DNA of 64,000 bases from Candidatus Kaiserbacteria bacterium (GCA_023267655.1 JAHFMV010000001.1:31954-95953); one strand, 5' to 3'. Positions 36,435-47,789 are shown, numbered from the stretch's first letter. Numbers and translations are program-made. Notes: generated by a model not told the origin, from the sequence alone.

Positions 36435-38390
36435 TCAAACACTCACAATCACCGGAATAACGATCGGACGCTTTTGCGTTTTCATCAGGAGGAATCGTGA
36501 GACATTTTCGGCGAGGTCTTCGCGGGCCATGTCGAGGTCCGCTGCGCGCGGGTTTTTCATCGACTGCTCGACTGATTTGCGGATGATGAGGCGCGTCTGG
36601 TCCATGAGATCTTTGTTATCGCGCAAGTACACGAATCCACGCGAAATGATGTCGGGGGATTTGTGGAGGCGTCCCGTGCGACGATCGACGGTTGCGACGA
36701 CGACGCAGAAACCTTCTTGCCCGAGCGCTTTGCGATCGCGCATGAGGACGTCGGAGAGTTCCGAGACCGTGTGACCTTCGACGACACGCAATTCATTCGG
36801 CGCTTTGACCGCAAGTGCCTTGATCTTCTCGCCGTCGGTAATTTCCACGATCGATGAATTGTCGGCGATGACAATATTCTGCCGCGCGACGCCGAGTTCT
36901 TCTGCAACATCAGCGTGCACACGGAGCATGAAGTGGTAGCCGTGAACAGGCACGAAGAATTTTTCTTTGACCTGTTTGTGGATCCACACCGCTTCTTCGC
37001 GGTTACCGTGGCCGGACGCGTGCACGTCAGATGCGTGGTACGTGATGATACGCGCGCCTTGTCGAGAGAGGTTGTCTTTCAACTTCTGCACCGCGCGTTC
37101 GTTGCCGGGAATGACCGACGATGAGAGCACGATGGTGTCCGTCGGCTGCAAGCGGATGTATTTGTGCGATTTGTTGCCGATGCGAGCGAGCGACGCGAAC
37201 TCGTCGCCTTGTGCGCCGGTCGCAAGAATCACGACTTTTTCCGGCGGAAATCGGTCGAGGTCTTCGACATTAATCACCGTCTCGTCACGGTACTTGATGA
37301 GGCCGAGCTCGCGGGCGATCTCGATATTTGTGCGCATCGAGCGGCCGTCGATGACCACCTTTTTCGCATTCTCTTCGGCGAACATCATGACACGGATGAG
37401 GCGCTCCAAGTGCGATGCGAACATCGCGATAATGAGCCGTCCCTTCGCTTCTGTGATGATTTTCTCGAGGGTTACATACACAGTCGATTCAGGAATAGAA
37501 AATCCCGGCTGCCAGACGTTGGTTGAGTCCATAAGGAGCGCGAGTACTTTGCGATCTTTAAAGATTGCAAATTCGCGCTGTTCTTCGGCCGACGGAATGC
37601 CATCTTTGTGATTGAGTTTGATGTCACCGGTAAAGACGACGTCGCCCCATTTGGTTTCGATGATTATACCCATCGAATCAGGAACCGTGTGCGTGACACC
37701 AAAGAAGCGCAACGTGTGATCGCCGAGCTTGATGACTTCATCCTTTTCGACTTCACGGATTTGCACCGGCACTGCCTGCGCAAATTCCTCTTGGCGTTTC
37801 TTGATCATCATGCCGGTGAGGCGACGCGTGTAGATCATGGGGTTTCCGATGCGGTCGATGATGTACGGAATGCCACCGATGTGGTCGAGGTGACCGTGCG
37901 AGATGAGGAGTCCGCGCACTTTGTCGCGGCGCTCTTCGAGGTAGCCGGTGTTTGGCAAGATGTAATCAATGCCCGGGGTGTCGTCTTCTTTAAATTGGAA
38001 TCCGGCATCTAGGACAAAGATGTCGTTGCCGACTTCGATTGCGGTCATATTGCGGCCGATTTCTTCAACGCCGCCGAGCGGGATGATGCGCACGACGTTA
38101 TCCGCGATTGGCGGAATTGGCGCGTTCGGGCGCTGTCTCTCGCGTGTCGTCGGAGACGCGTGCTCGACGCGCACTTTTTGGTTGCGTCGCGGTCGTGGGC
38201 GCATCGATCCGCCGCCAAAGCGACGTCCGCCGCCCGGGCGCGGACCATGTGGTCCGGCTGGTCGCGGGCCGTGTGGGCGCGGAGTGAACGGACCCGCTGG
38301 TCGCGGTCCATGGGGTCGAGGAGAAGTCGCGGGCGCGGGCATTGGTGCGGGCGCGCCGGAATTCTGGGGTTCAGGTGTAAACATGTTCAT
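36435..38390 (-). CDS. rnj: Ribonuclease J
   Basis: PLGGVEEIGRNM, SHGHLDHIGG, HTVPD, TGD, HASGH; N-terminal Pro/Arg/Gly-rich extension. Confidence 0.95.
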   Translation of the reverse strand: MNMFTPEPQNSGAPAPMPAPATSPRPHGPRPAGPFTPRPHGPRPAGPHGPRPGGGRRFGGGSMRPRPRRNQKVRVEHASPTTRERQRPNAPIPPIADNVVRIIPLGGVEEIGRNMTAIEVGNDIFVLDAGFQFKEDDTPGIDYILPNTGYLEERRDKVRGLLISHGHLDHIGGIPYIIDRIGNPMIYTRRLTGMMIKKRQEEFAQAVPVQIREVEKDEVIKLGDHTLRFFGVTHTVPDSMGIIIETKWGDVVFTGDIKLNHKDGIPSAEEQREFAIFKDRKVLALLMDSTNVWQPGFSIPESTVYVTLEKIITEAKGRLIIAMFASHLERLIRVMMFAEENAKKVVIDGRSMRTNIEIARELGLIKYRDETVINVEDLDRFPPEKVVILATGAQGDEFASLARIGNKSHKYIRLQPTDTIVLSSSVIPGNERAVQKLKDNLSRQGARIITYHASDVHASGHGNREEAVWIHKQVKEKFFVPVHGYHFMLRVHADVAEELGVARQNIVIADNSSIVEITDGEKIKALAVKAPNELRVVEGHTVSELSDVLMRDRKALGQEGFCVVVATVDRRTGRLHKSPDIISRGFVYLRDNKDLMDQTRLIIRKSVEQSMKNPRAADLDMAREDLAENVSRFLLMKTQKRPIVIPVIVSV

Positions 38391-38517
38391 AAGGGTAGGT
38401 ATTAGCCACTAGGGTTTAGCCACTAGGGAAATACGATTTAATAATGCGATTAATAATTTTTTCTAATAATTTTGTAACAATTGAATTTTCTAGAAGCTAG
38501 AAGCTTGTCGCTAGAAG

Positions 38518-40362
38518 CTATTTTGAAAATATATTCCACACACGCTCAGTGTCGCGGTACCACCGGTACACGTCATTGAAACGATCCGACGGGACGGTCA
38601 GTGTCCCGATGTCCACGCCGTGGATTCGGGAAGGAACGATGTAGGCAAGTTGTGGTGAGTAGAGAAACACGGCAGGCCTATCCGAGTCAATAGCTGCGAG
38701 AAATTGCTGGAAATATGCTTCGCGCTGTTTCGGATCGGTTTCTGCGCGCGCGAGGGCAAGTTCTTTGTCTGCTGCCGTTGAAGTGTAGAGCGCCAAATTC
38801 AATCCCGGATCGTTGCGTTGTGATGAATGCCAGAAGGCAAACAAGTCGAGCGAACGACCGACGACTTCGCCAAAGAGAATCGCATCGTACGCACGCGGTC
38901 GCAAGATCGTCGTGTTAAATTCTGACAGAGGATACACCTGCACGCTTGTCTGTATACCGATCGCATTCCACGCGTCCGCGACTGCGTGCGCGGTTGCAAC
39001 CAATTCTTCTGTATCCGGCGTTGCGAGCGCGAGCGAGAGTTCTTGTTTGTCTTTTTTCCACACACCATCGGGGGCCTGTCCCGTGGAACCCGTCTGTTCA
39101 ACTGGGGTCGTACTCGACGTTGCCGTGAATTTCCATCCGCCATTTATGAGTGCTTGCTTTGCGGCTTCCGGATCGGCCGCAGCTACACTCGATGACGCTT
39201 CGCCGGAGAAAAGTCCGGGCGGGATCGGACCACCCAGCGCATCGCCGTAGCCGCCGAGCACCTGGTTGATGATCGTATTTTTATCAACCGCGAGTGTGAG
39301 AGCTTTTCGAACCGCGGCATTCGCGAGAACCGGCGCATGGTTTTGGTTTAAGAAAACGCCAAACGTGCGCGCGAGCGAAATTTTCTTCAAATCCGCGCTC
39401 TCTTGCAAGCCGCGCGAAAGGTTTTTCGGCGACGACGCGACCAAACTTTCGATATCGCCGTTTTCATATGCGGCGACAAGGTCGTCGTCATTGGCGTACG
39501 TGCGATACGTTATTTTGGAAATATTCGGCTCGCCGAGCGCAAATTTGGCAAACGACGCGAGTTTGTATTCGTTCGGCGCACCGGTCGCATCGAGGCTTAC
39601 GCTGGTCGCACGATACGGACCGCTCCCGACAGGATGTGTGTTCAAAGAACTAAATGCGAATTCGTCGGCAGATACGTTTTCCCACAGCGCCTTCGGCAGG
39701 ATGCCGAGCGTTGCGTTCTCGCGAAATGGCGCATAGGCGTGGGGAAGTGTAAAGACGACCGTGCGCGCATCCGGTGCTGATGCCGAGACACCTTCCCAAT
39801 CGGCACGGCGCGGACTTTTCGTGTCAGGGTTTTGCGCGAGATCGACGGTAAAGAGAACATCAGCGGAGGTAAGCGGCGTCCCGTCGTGGAAGGTGAGGTT
39901 TGGCCGCAAATGGAACGTGTACACGGTGCCATCGGCCGAAATATCCATGCTCTCGGCAATATCCGGCGTATAGACGCCATCATTTCCTGCGCGCAGAAGT
40001 CCCGAGTACACAAGTGCGGTCAAATCTTCGTCAGTTTGCGAGGCGGCGAGAAGCGGATTGATGAAGCGGGGCGTGCCCACGGCGCCTTCGGTGAGAGAGC
40101 CGCCACGAGTCGGTACTTCGGTCGAGACTGCTTGGTTCACGTTTGCGAGCAAGATAAATGCGCTGATCGCGAGCGCGATGGAACAGACATACAAAAAGAG
40201 GCGCTCGGACGGCGAGAAGGTGCGAAGCAACACGTCGAGACCTTTCAGCGGCCGGCGCCACGATGATTGTGCGCGTATCGTAAGTGGTTCGCTCTCCAAA
40301 GGGATGCGACCGGCCTCACGGTTTTTTATAGCTTCAAGTGAAAGCTGTATTTCTGGTTCCAT
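38518..40362 (-). CDS. ABC transporter substrate-binding protein, family 5 (OppA-like)
   Basis: PRFINPLL, LVYSGL, FHDGTPLTSADVLFT, PVGSGPY, VRKAL..AVD. Confidence 0.92.
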   Translation of the reverse strand: MEPEIQLSLEAIKNREAGRIPLESEPLTIRAQSSWRRPLKGLDVLLRTFSPSERLFLYVCSIALAISAFILLANVNQAVSTEVPTRGGSLTEGAVGTPRFINPLLAASQTDEDLTALVYSGLLRAGNDGVYTPDIAESMDISADGTVYTFHLRPNLTFHDGTPLTSADVLFTVDLAQNPDTKSPRRADWEGVSASAPDARTVVFTLPHAYAPFRENATLGILPKALWENVSADEFAFSSLNTHPVGSGPYRATSVSLDATGAPNEYKLASFAKFALGEPNISKITYRTYANDDDLVAAYENGDIESLVASSPKNLSRGLQESADLKKISLARTFGVFLNQNHAPVLANAAVRKALTLAVDKNTIINQVLGGYGDALGGPIPPGLFSGEASSSVAAADPEAAKQALINGGWKFTATSSTTPVEQTGSTGQAPDGVWKKDKQELSLALATPDTEELVATAHAVADAWNAIGIQTSVQVYPLSEFNTTILRPRAYDAILFGEVVGRSLDLFAFWHSSQRNDPGLNLALYTSTAADKELALARAETDPKQREAYFQQFLAAIDSDRPAVFLYSPQLAYIVPSRIHGVDIGTLTVPSDRFNDVYRWYRDTERVWNIFSK

Positions 40363-40500
40363 GCCCGGTTAGTACAATTTCGAATAATTCCTGCGGCGGC
40401 AAAATGCTCGGCAGGTTCGAAGGTCTAATAATGTTGCAGATATTTTCTTTACGTCGTTTTTCATCATAATGAGCGATTCGAAATTGTCCTACCGGGTATG
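40360..40500. repeat. ~25-bp imperfect inverted repeat pair (MITE-like) at the oppA-like start
   Basis: CATGCCCGGTTAGTACAATTTCGAAT (40360-40385) versus ATTCGAAATTGTCCTACCGGGTATG (40476-40500). Confidence 0.65.
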
Positions 40501-40570
40501 CAAACGAAATGAAAGTGCGGAAGATTTTTCCGCAACAAGCGAGTAGCCCTAATAACGGAGGCCTGCTTGA

Positions 40571-40801
40571 TTAACTAATGAGTAAGTGAATGAGTGCCGA
40601 CAAGGCAAAGAGGACAGCGATAACAATGGTAGCGCGGAAAAGGGTCTTTTCCAACCCCCTACGTGTGTGGAAACCGGAGCTGAAGTTGTCAGCCCCAAAG
40701 GCGCCTCCCAAGGACGCTCCAGTTCGCTGCAATAGCACGCAAACCATGAGGAGTACCGAGAGGACGATCTGCACATATGGCAGTACCGTCGCGAGTTCCA
40801 T
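40571..40801 (-). CDS. secG: Preprotein translocase subunit SecG
   Basis: VLLQRTGASLGGAFG...TRRGLEKTLFRAT. Confidence 0.92.
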   Translation of the reverse strand: MELATVLPYVQIVLSVLLMVCVLLQRTGASLGGAFGADNFSSGFHTRRGLEKTLFRATIVIAVLFALSALIHLLIS

Positions 40802-40843
40802 GGGGAAGATAGTATCAAATTGTAGATTGGTGGTCAAGGATGG

Positions 40844-40970
40844 CGCTCGCGGCACTGCGGCGCATGCCTCTCTCGGGTCGCTATCTGCGCGTGCTCGCGC
40901 AGCGCTCGGGCTCGGCCTCGTCAGGCCTGCGCAGACCCTCGCGAAGCACGACGCCGCACTGCCGTCTCGC
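40844..40970. repeat. Structured intergenic element, copy 2
   Basis: CGCTCGCGGC...GCCGTCTCGC ends and internal motifs shared with 17476-17620. Confidence 0.7.
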
Positions 40971-41170
40971 TTCTTCCGATTTCGTAGTAGTAAAGTTGAA
41001 GCCGGCCTCGCGCTTCGCGCTCGGCCGGCTCCCGCGTCCTATGGGCCATCATATTTAATGACATCTTACGTAGAGTCTGTCAAGAGTGCACAACTGCTTT
41101 GACTTCACTTCGGGGCAGGAGTACCGTATCTGCTACTCGGATATGGTGCCGAGCATGTTCTGGAGGGTTC

Positions 41171-41350
41171 ATGCACAAGCATAAACAGAGGCGAGCGCGT
41201 AGGACGTTTATGGCATGGTATCGGGCTAATCAGCGGAGGCGCCGTCCACGAGCGCGGGTGCACATAGAAACGGCTCCGGTTTTCACGTTGTTCTGGCGTA
41301 AGTTGGTTCAGCTTTTTAGGGTCGAAAGACCGCGTCGGCGAATGGCCTAG
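41171..41350 (+). CDS. Small Arg-rich hypothetical protein
   Basis: GGAGG before ATG; hairpin plus T tract follows at ~41371-41400. Confidence 0.4.
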   Translation: MHKHKQRRARRTFMAWYRANQRRRRPRARVHIETAPVFTLFWRKLVQLFRVERPRRRMA

Positions 41351-41401
41351 CGCAAAGAGGCGAGAAGATTGGCGGCGTCCACGAGGCGCCGCTGTTTTTT
41401 G

Positions 41402-41430
41402 TTGACACCGGGGTAAATTTCGTAAATAAT
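41402..41430 (+). promoter_or_regulatory. Sigma70-type promoter of groES
   Basis: TTGACA-17 nt-AATAAT. Confidence 0.55.
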
Positions 41431-41488
41431 ACCCGCGATTTATAAGTATCTGCTAGTGGCTAAACCCTAGTGGCTAGTGGCTATTTTT

Positions 41489-41863
41489 ATGGCAAAAAAC
41501 AAGAAGAAAGCAAAAAAGTCGAAGAAACCAGTCAAGAAAACTATCCGCAAAGTGGTCGCACAATTTGGCATTCAGCCGGTCGGCGACAAGGTGCTCGTGA
41601 GACCGCAAGAGGTGGAACAGAAAACTCCTTCTGGCCTTATCATCCCGGACACCGTTAAAAAGGACAAAATGATGACGGGCGTTGTCGTTGCCGTCGGCAC
41701 CGGCCGCGTGAGCGAAACAGGCGCACGCATTCCACTTTCTGTTTCTGAAGGCGACGTGATTTATTTCAGCCGCGGATGGGACGAGGAGGGCAGCAAATTT
41801 CCGTGGAAAGGCGAAGACTATTATCTCGTGTCGGAAAGCGACATCAAAGCAGTTATTAATTGA
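41489..41863 (+). CDS. groES: Co-chaperonin GroES with Lys-rich N-terminal extension
   Basis: IQPVGDKVLV, TPSGLIIPDT, GVVVAVG.G, ESDIKAV. Confidence 0.93.
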   Translation: MAKNKKKAKKSKKPVKKTIRKVVAQFGIQPVGDKVLVRPQEVEQKTPSGLIIPDTVKKDKMMTGVVVAVGTGRVSETGARIPLSVSEGDVIYFSRGWDEEGSKFPWKGEDYYLVSESDIKAVIN

Positions 41864-41887
41864 ATTTCCCTAGTGGCTATTGGCTAG

Positions 41888-43567
<1,680 letters not shown>

Positions 43568-43585
43568 ATCTTCTCAACAGTACGG

Positions 43586-43620
43586 GGAGCCGGCCGCGCG
43601 AAAGCACGGCCGGCTCCTTT
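43586..43620 (+). terminator. groEL terminator
   Basis: GGAGCCGGCCG..CGGCCGGCTCC-TTT. Confidence 0.75.
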
Positions 43621-43632
43621 ATACTGTAGGCA

Positions 43633-46218
43633 ATGGCATCCGCTCTTCGCGTAGGTCTTTTTGCGTCGTTACTGTTCGTCGCTTGTGTAATCGCGTATCC
43701 GACTATTTCGCGCGCGACCGGCACCCAAGCAGATCAGCAATGCCAGCCCGGCGGGAAAATTGGCCAGAAGTGCACTGACAACACTCATGGATACAAGACA
43801 CAAGGAAAGTGCGCGTATGTGTACGTCTGCAAAGCAGACAGTGTCCCCAGCAACGAACCACCGCTGTGTACCGGCGGCGGGAAAGACTGTCCCGTTGGCG
43901 GACCGTCACCATCAAATTTCAATCCGTACCCCAAGGCGATCAAAATTGCATCGGGTTCGCCATCCATCCCGACTTCGAGCATCTCTGATCTTGAAAAAGG
44001 AGTCCTTGGTGCTGCATTTGCATCTGATGAAGCGACGCCGACCGACCTTGCAGATTTAAGTGCCTCCGCCAACGTGTCGTTGAAAACGATATTGGATGCG
44101 CAAGGAGAAGACTCGAGCGATGCGCTCGCATTCGTCCCCGAATCATTTCAAAAAGAAACGAGCACGCTTTTTGCAGGACTGCGCGAAAATGCGGTAACGC
44201 TCGGACCCGGGCAAAAGCCAACCGTCGCCGTGGATGCGTTAGGAAATGTGCGTCTCGCGTTTCCATCGAATGATGGCACATCGTTCGGTGCGACTTTCGA
44301 TGCATCCAGCGATGAAAATTCTACCGGCATATCTTTTGCAGACGATCTGATACTCGCCGCCACCAATGCACCGCGGCATTTCGCGCTCGGTTTCTATCAC
44401 GCGGGACAAGCCGCGCTCATGGTTGTGCTTGCGGATTTTTCGAGTGCGCGGGCAGAGTGGAATGTGGCGACCGAAAATTTGACGTCCGCAGCCGAGGATT
44501 TGTGGAATGTACTTCGCGCACTGTGGGAGATGCTCGTGCAGTTTATCCAGCGGTCCGTGACAGCCTATGCACAAGAGGACGATGCAAATGCCGATTGCAC
44601 ACCAGGTGAGTATCGATACGAATACACGAAACGCGACGCTCCGTGTGACAAAGAGAAATGCATGTTGCACGCGCCATGTGCCGGCTCATTTGCGCGTGGC
44701 ATCTGCGCGAGCGAAGGGAAATGCAACGCAACGAGCGTGAAAATATGCGATTCAAATTCGGGAACGTGTTCGTGGACAACGCCGCAACAAACAGCGCTCC
44801 CCGGCAGTACCGCAACGCCAAGCACCCCGCTTCCGCCGCCGGTGACTGGCGATCAGCCGCTTCCGATCAGCCCCGAATTACAAAATGCATTTTCAGATAA
44901 CGCGAAACAACAGGCAGACGCGCAGGCGCGCATCGACGCGGCACAGCAAAAATTGATGGAAGCGTTCAATAATTTGCAAAATGATCCGCAGAATTATTCA
45001 GCGCGATTTGACGACGTACGGAGCGCACAAAAAGAACTGTTAGATGCGCAGCGTGCGCTCAATCCGACACTCAAAGATTACCTGCTGCAAAATGTCGCGC
45101 CGCGCATGACGCCGACGGAACTTCTGCCTGACGGGAATTCAGCACCGATTATGCGGTATGAATGGATCAACAATCTCGGTTCAGCGCCTGCCCCGTTCGA
45201 GGCCGTAGGCTCTCAAACGGGGTTCGCGCCGTTTAAGGTGGCGCAATTAGGAGACGGCCCACCGATTCCGCTGTTGTCCGACGAAGCGCTCCAGAATGAG
45301 CTCGAACTGCGTAAGCTTTCGATCGACGCGGCAAATGAACTTCGCGGCGGCATGTATGCACCGAATGGCGTCAGTCCATTTTCCTTTGCACCACCCGGTT
45401 CGCTCACTATGCCGCCGGAAGAGCCGCTCACGGTGACAAACTATTCGTTTGATTCGATCAGCGATGCGGTTACGGCTGGCGTGAAGTGTCTCTTTGGCAC
45501 GTGTCCGACGCCGCTTTCTAATTCAGTGCCATTTGGCGGTTTAAATTCCATTGCAGATTTCGGACTGACCGAGCCGTTTGTCGTGAGCGGTAATTTAACC
45601 GAGCCACAGACGCCACCATGGACAGGCGAGACCTCGCTTACCGAACCCGAATTGAAAAAGCTGCTTGAGCAAGAGGGAAAGGGTCCGCCGCTTCCTACAG
45701 CGCCCACACCGACCGAGACCGCGCAACCTTCACCGAAGCCGCAAAATCCTCAGACACAAACGCCGCAGCCGACTCCACAACCACAAACTCCAGAGCGACC
45801 GGCAACACCAAGCGCCGCTCCGTCAGGTAAAACGAATGCGGGCACGGGCGGATTTTCATTACAGTCGTTGCTGCCATCACTCTGGAGCGTTCTCGCGAAT
45901 CTTTTTAACTATCTTCGAGACGGAAATGCGGCAAATACCAATCCTTCAACCCCTCAAAATCCTCCAGCACCCGCCCCCACCGCATCGCTCTCAATCGATC
46001 CGTCGCGCATTTCAATAGGCACCGTCACGCGCCTCATGTGGTCGTGTACGAATGCCGATTCCAGCGTCATCTATCTTTCCGATGGCACCGCCTATATTCG
46101 CGACGGTGTAAACGGCACTGCGACCACCTCACCGCTTTCTGTCACCACCACTTTCCGCCTCGTCTGCTCGGGCCACGGCGGCTCCGCCGAAAATTCTTCG
46201 ACGGTCACGGTGCAATAA
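43633..46218 (+). CDS. Large secreted protein with two Cys-rich modules and a C-terminal Ig-like domain
   Basis: Signal peptide, Cys clusters, Pro-rich linkers; C-terminus similar to that of the 5021-aa protein. Confidence 0.75.
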   Translation: MASALRVGLFASLLFVACVIAYPTISRATGTQADQQCQPGGKIGQKCTDNTHGYKTQGKCAYVYVCKADSVPSNEPPLCTGGGKDCPVGGPSPSNFNPYPKAIKIASGSPSIPTSSISDLEKGVLGAAFASDEATPTDLADLSASANVSLKTILDAQGEDSSDALAFVPESFQKETSTLFAGLRENAVTLGPGQKPTVAVDALGNVRLAFPSNDGTSFGATFDASSDENSTGISFADDLILAATNAPRHFALGFYHAGQAALMVVLADFSSARAEWNVATENLTSAAEDLWNVLRALWEMLVQFIQRSVTAYAQEDDANADCTPGEYRYEYTKRDAPCDKEKCMLHAPCAGSFARGICASEGKCNATSVKICDSNSGTCSWTTPQQTALPGSTATPSTPLPPPVTGDQPLPISPELQNAFSDNAKQQADAQARIDAAQQKLMEAFNNLQNDPQNYSARFDDVRSAQKELLDAQRALNPTLKDYLLQNVAPRMTPTELLPDGNSAPIMRYEWINNLGSAPAPFEAVGSQTGFAPFKVAQLGDGPPIPLLSDEALQNELELRKLSIDAANELRGGMYAPNGVSPFSFAPPGSLTMPPEEPLTVTNYSFDSISDAVTAGVKCLFGTCPTPLSNSVPFGGLNSIADFGLTEPFVVSGNLTEPQTPPWTGETSLTEPELKKLLEQEGKGPPLPTAPTPTETAQPSPKPQNPQTQTPQPTPQPQTPERPATPSAAPSGKTNAGTGGFSLQSLLPSLWSVLANLFNYLRDGNAANTNPSTPQNPPAPAPTASLSIDPSRISIGTVTRLMWSCTNADSSVIYLSDGTAYIRDGVNGTATTSPLSVTTTFRLVCSGHGGSAENSSTVTVQ

Positions 46219-46273
46219 TATACGTGTAGTGACAATGTATTGACATACCACGTAACGAGTATATACTCGCCAT

Positions 46274-46546
46274 ATGACCACTATTCAAATTCGTATCGAC
46301 GAAAAGACGAAACGCAAGGCGAGCAAAGTATTTGGCAAAATGGGGCTCAACGTTTCGAGCGGTATCAAGGTGTATCTTACCCGTGTCGCACAAGACGAAG
46401 CGATGCCTTTTGTGGTACGTACTGAAAATGGCTACACCCAGGAAGAAGAGCGACAGTTGATCAAGGAAGCAGAGTATGCGGAGAAACATGGTAAGCGATA
46501 CACCTCTGCCCGCGAGGCTCTGGACGATATTTTACGTAAGAAATAA
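46274..46546 (+). CDS. RelB/DinJ family antitoxin
   Basis: IQIRIDEKTK..A..VF..MGL..S..I...L.......MPF; TTGACA-16-TATACT promoter 6 nt before ATG. Confidence 0.9.
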   Translation: MTTIQIRIDEKTKRKASKVFGKMGLNVSSGIKVYLTRVAQDEAMPFVVRTENGYTQEEERQLIKEAEYAEKHGKRYTSAREALDDILRKK

Positions 46547-46553
46547 AGAAATT

Positions 46554-46835
46554 ATGTATTCGCTGGTTTTTGCGGCAAAAGCGAAGCGATCATTACGGAA
46601 ATATAAAAAGAGCGGGATATTTCCACAGGAAAAATTTGAGGCGGCGGTCGCTCTCTTGTGTGTGGGGAAACCTTTGCCGCCCTCATACGATGATCATGCC
46701 CTCAGAGGTGAGCTGGTGAGTTTTCGAGAATTCCACCTCGGGTATGACCTTCTGGTCAAATATCGGCGGCGTGCTGAATTACAAGTCATTAACATCGTTG
46801 CGATAGGAACCCATAGCGAACTTTTCGGCGGTTGA
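46554..46835 (+). CDS. YafQ-like mRNA interferase toxin
   Basis: DHALRG...REFHL..DLLVKY...IGTHSELF. Confidence 0.9.
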   Translation: MYSLVFAAKAKRSLRKYKKSGIFPQEKFEAAVALLCVGKPLPPSYDDHALRGELVSFREFHLGYDLLVKYRRRAELQVINIVAIGTHSELFGG

Positions 46836-46847
46836 GCTCGTCCAAGC

Positions 46848-47120
46848 GCTCTCAACATCCCCATGAAGCTGCGCCATTTTGCGGCGCAAAAACGTACTCC
46901 ACCCCGTGAGATAAGAGTGTAAAAATTTTGTAAAAAAATAAGCGGATTGATATACCCAAAATGTGGCGGTCTAAGGCAATCGTCGCTATCTCACGGGGTA
47001 TAATACGAGTAATGATAGGCGCCAACAGGGCTACAGCCCGCTCCGCTCGCCCGAATAGGGCCGCGTATTTTCGTGTGGGCACAACTCTCTTTTTTGCTGT
47101 TTATTCCGCGTTCATTTCTC
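46848..47120 (+). repeat. Copy 1 (diverged) of promoter + 5' end of the giant gene
   Basis: GCTCTCAACA..TGCGCCATTTTGCGGC..ATGATAGGCGC..; translates MIGANRA[+10 aa]AYFRVGTTLFFAVYSAFI. Confidence 0.9.
46901..46999. mobile_element. 99-bp MITE-like insertion with 13-bp terminal inverted repeats
   Basis: ACCCCGTGAGATA...TATCTCACGGGGT; absent from repeat copies 2 and 3, which show the empty site. Confidence 0.75.
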
Positions 47121-47160
47121 GATTCGATGTTGATAGCTTTGCATGGTATACTCATAGTCA

Positions 47161-47391
47161 ATGACTAAGACGCTCGAAATAATCCTTGAAAAAGCATCCG
47201 CATGGCCAAAGGAAGCCCAAGATGAGCTCGTGCGCGCTGCCAAACAGATCGAAGAAGCGCAAAGCGCGAGTGCGTATACGGCGACAAACGAAGAACTCAA
47301 GGCGATAGACGAAGGGTTATCGCAAATGAGGCGTGGAGAGTTTGCTTCTAAGAAAGAAGTCGATGCATTTTTCAAAAGTCGCAAGCCATGA
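47161..47391 (+). CDS. Antitoxin partner of the ParE-like toxin
   Basis: EELKAIDEGLSQMRRGEFAS..EV..FF; ATGA overlap with toxin. Confidence 0.75.
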   Translation: MTKTLEIILEKASAWPKEAQDELVRAAKQIEEAQSASAYTATNEELKAIDEGLSQMRRGEFASKKEVDAFFKSRKP

Positions 47392-47738
47392 GAGTTGAGT
47401 ATTCGTCGCGTGCACTTAGTGACGTGCGCGCGATTTTCGCGTATACCTATGGACGTAATCCAACGGCAGCCCGGCGGGTGAAGGTGTATATCAAGCAGGC
47501 GGCAACCAAACTGGGCGATATGCCGGGGAAGAGTGTAACGCTTAAACAGCGTCCTGGTGTCAGTCGAATTGTGCTGACACGCTACCCATACGCGTTGTAT
47601 TATGCGACCGAGGCTGACACGGTCGTTATACTCCATATTCGGACAGTGCCCGAAAACTACCAAAAACAAAGGATTTTTAAGTCGAGCTTTCATGCGGCTC
47701 TCAACACCTTCCCGAAGGTGCGCCATTTTGCGGCATAA
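47388..47738 (+). CDS. ParE/RelE family toxin, probably frameshifted near C-terminus
   Basis: YSSRALSDVRAI..Y, RYPYALYY, VILHIR; adding 1 nt at ~47643 gives HSARKLPKTKDF* ending 47680. Confidence 0.8.
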   Translation: MRVEYSSRALSDVRAIFAYTYGRNPTAARRVKVYIKQAATKLGDMPGKSVTLKQRPGVSRIVLTRYPYALYYATEADTVVILHIRTVPENYQKQRIFKSSFHAALNTFPKVRHFAA

Positions 47739-47789
47739 AAACGTACTACAATACGAGTAATGATAGGCGCGAACAGGGCCGCGTATTTT
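47697..47789 (+). repeat. Copy 2 of promoter + 5' end of the giant gene
   Basis: 47719-47789 is identical over 71 bp to 48556-48626. Confidence 0.95.

Noticed and set aside
40905-40990. Hammerhead ribozyme (CTGACGA on minus strand)
   Set aside because: The motif is sequestered in its own GGCCT/AGGCC hairpin and no correctly placed GAAA/stem II follows
41450-41485. CIRCE operator before groES
   Set aside because: TAGTGGCTAA only resembles GAGTGCTAA; the copies are direct, not the TTAGCACTC-N9-GAGTGCTAA inverted repeat, and also occur at rnj
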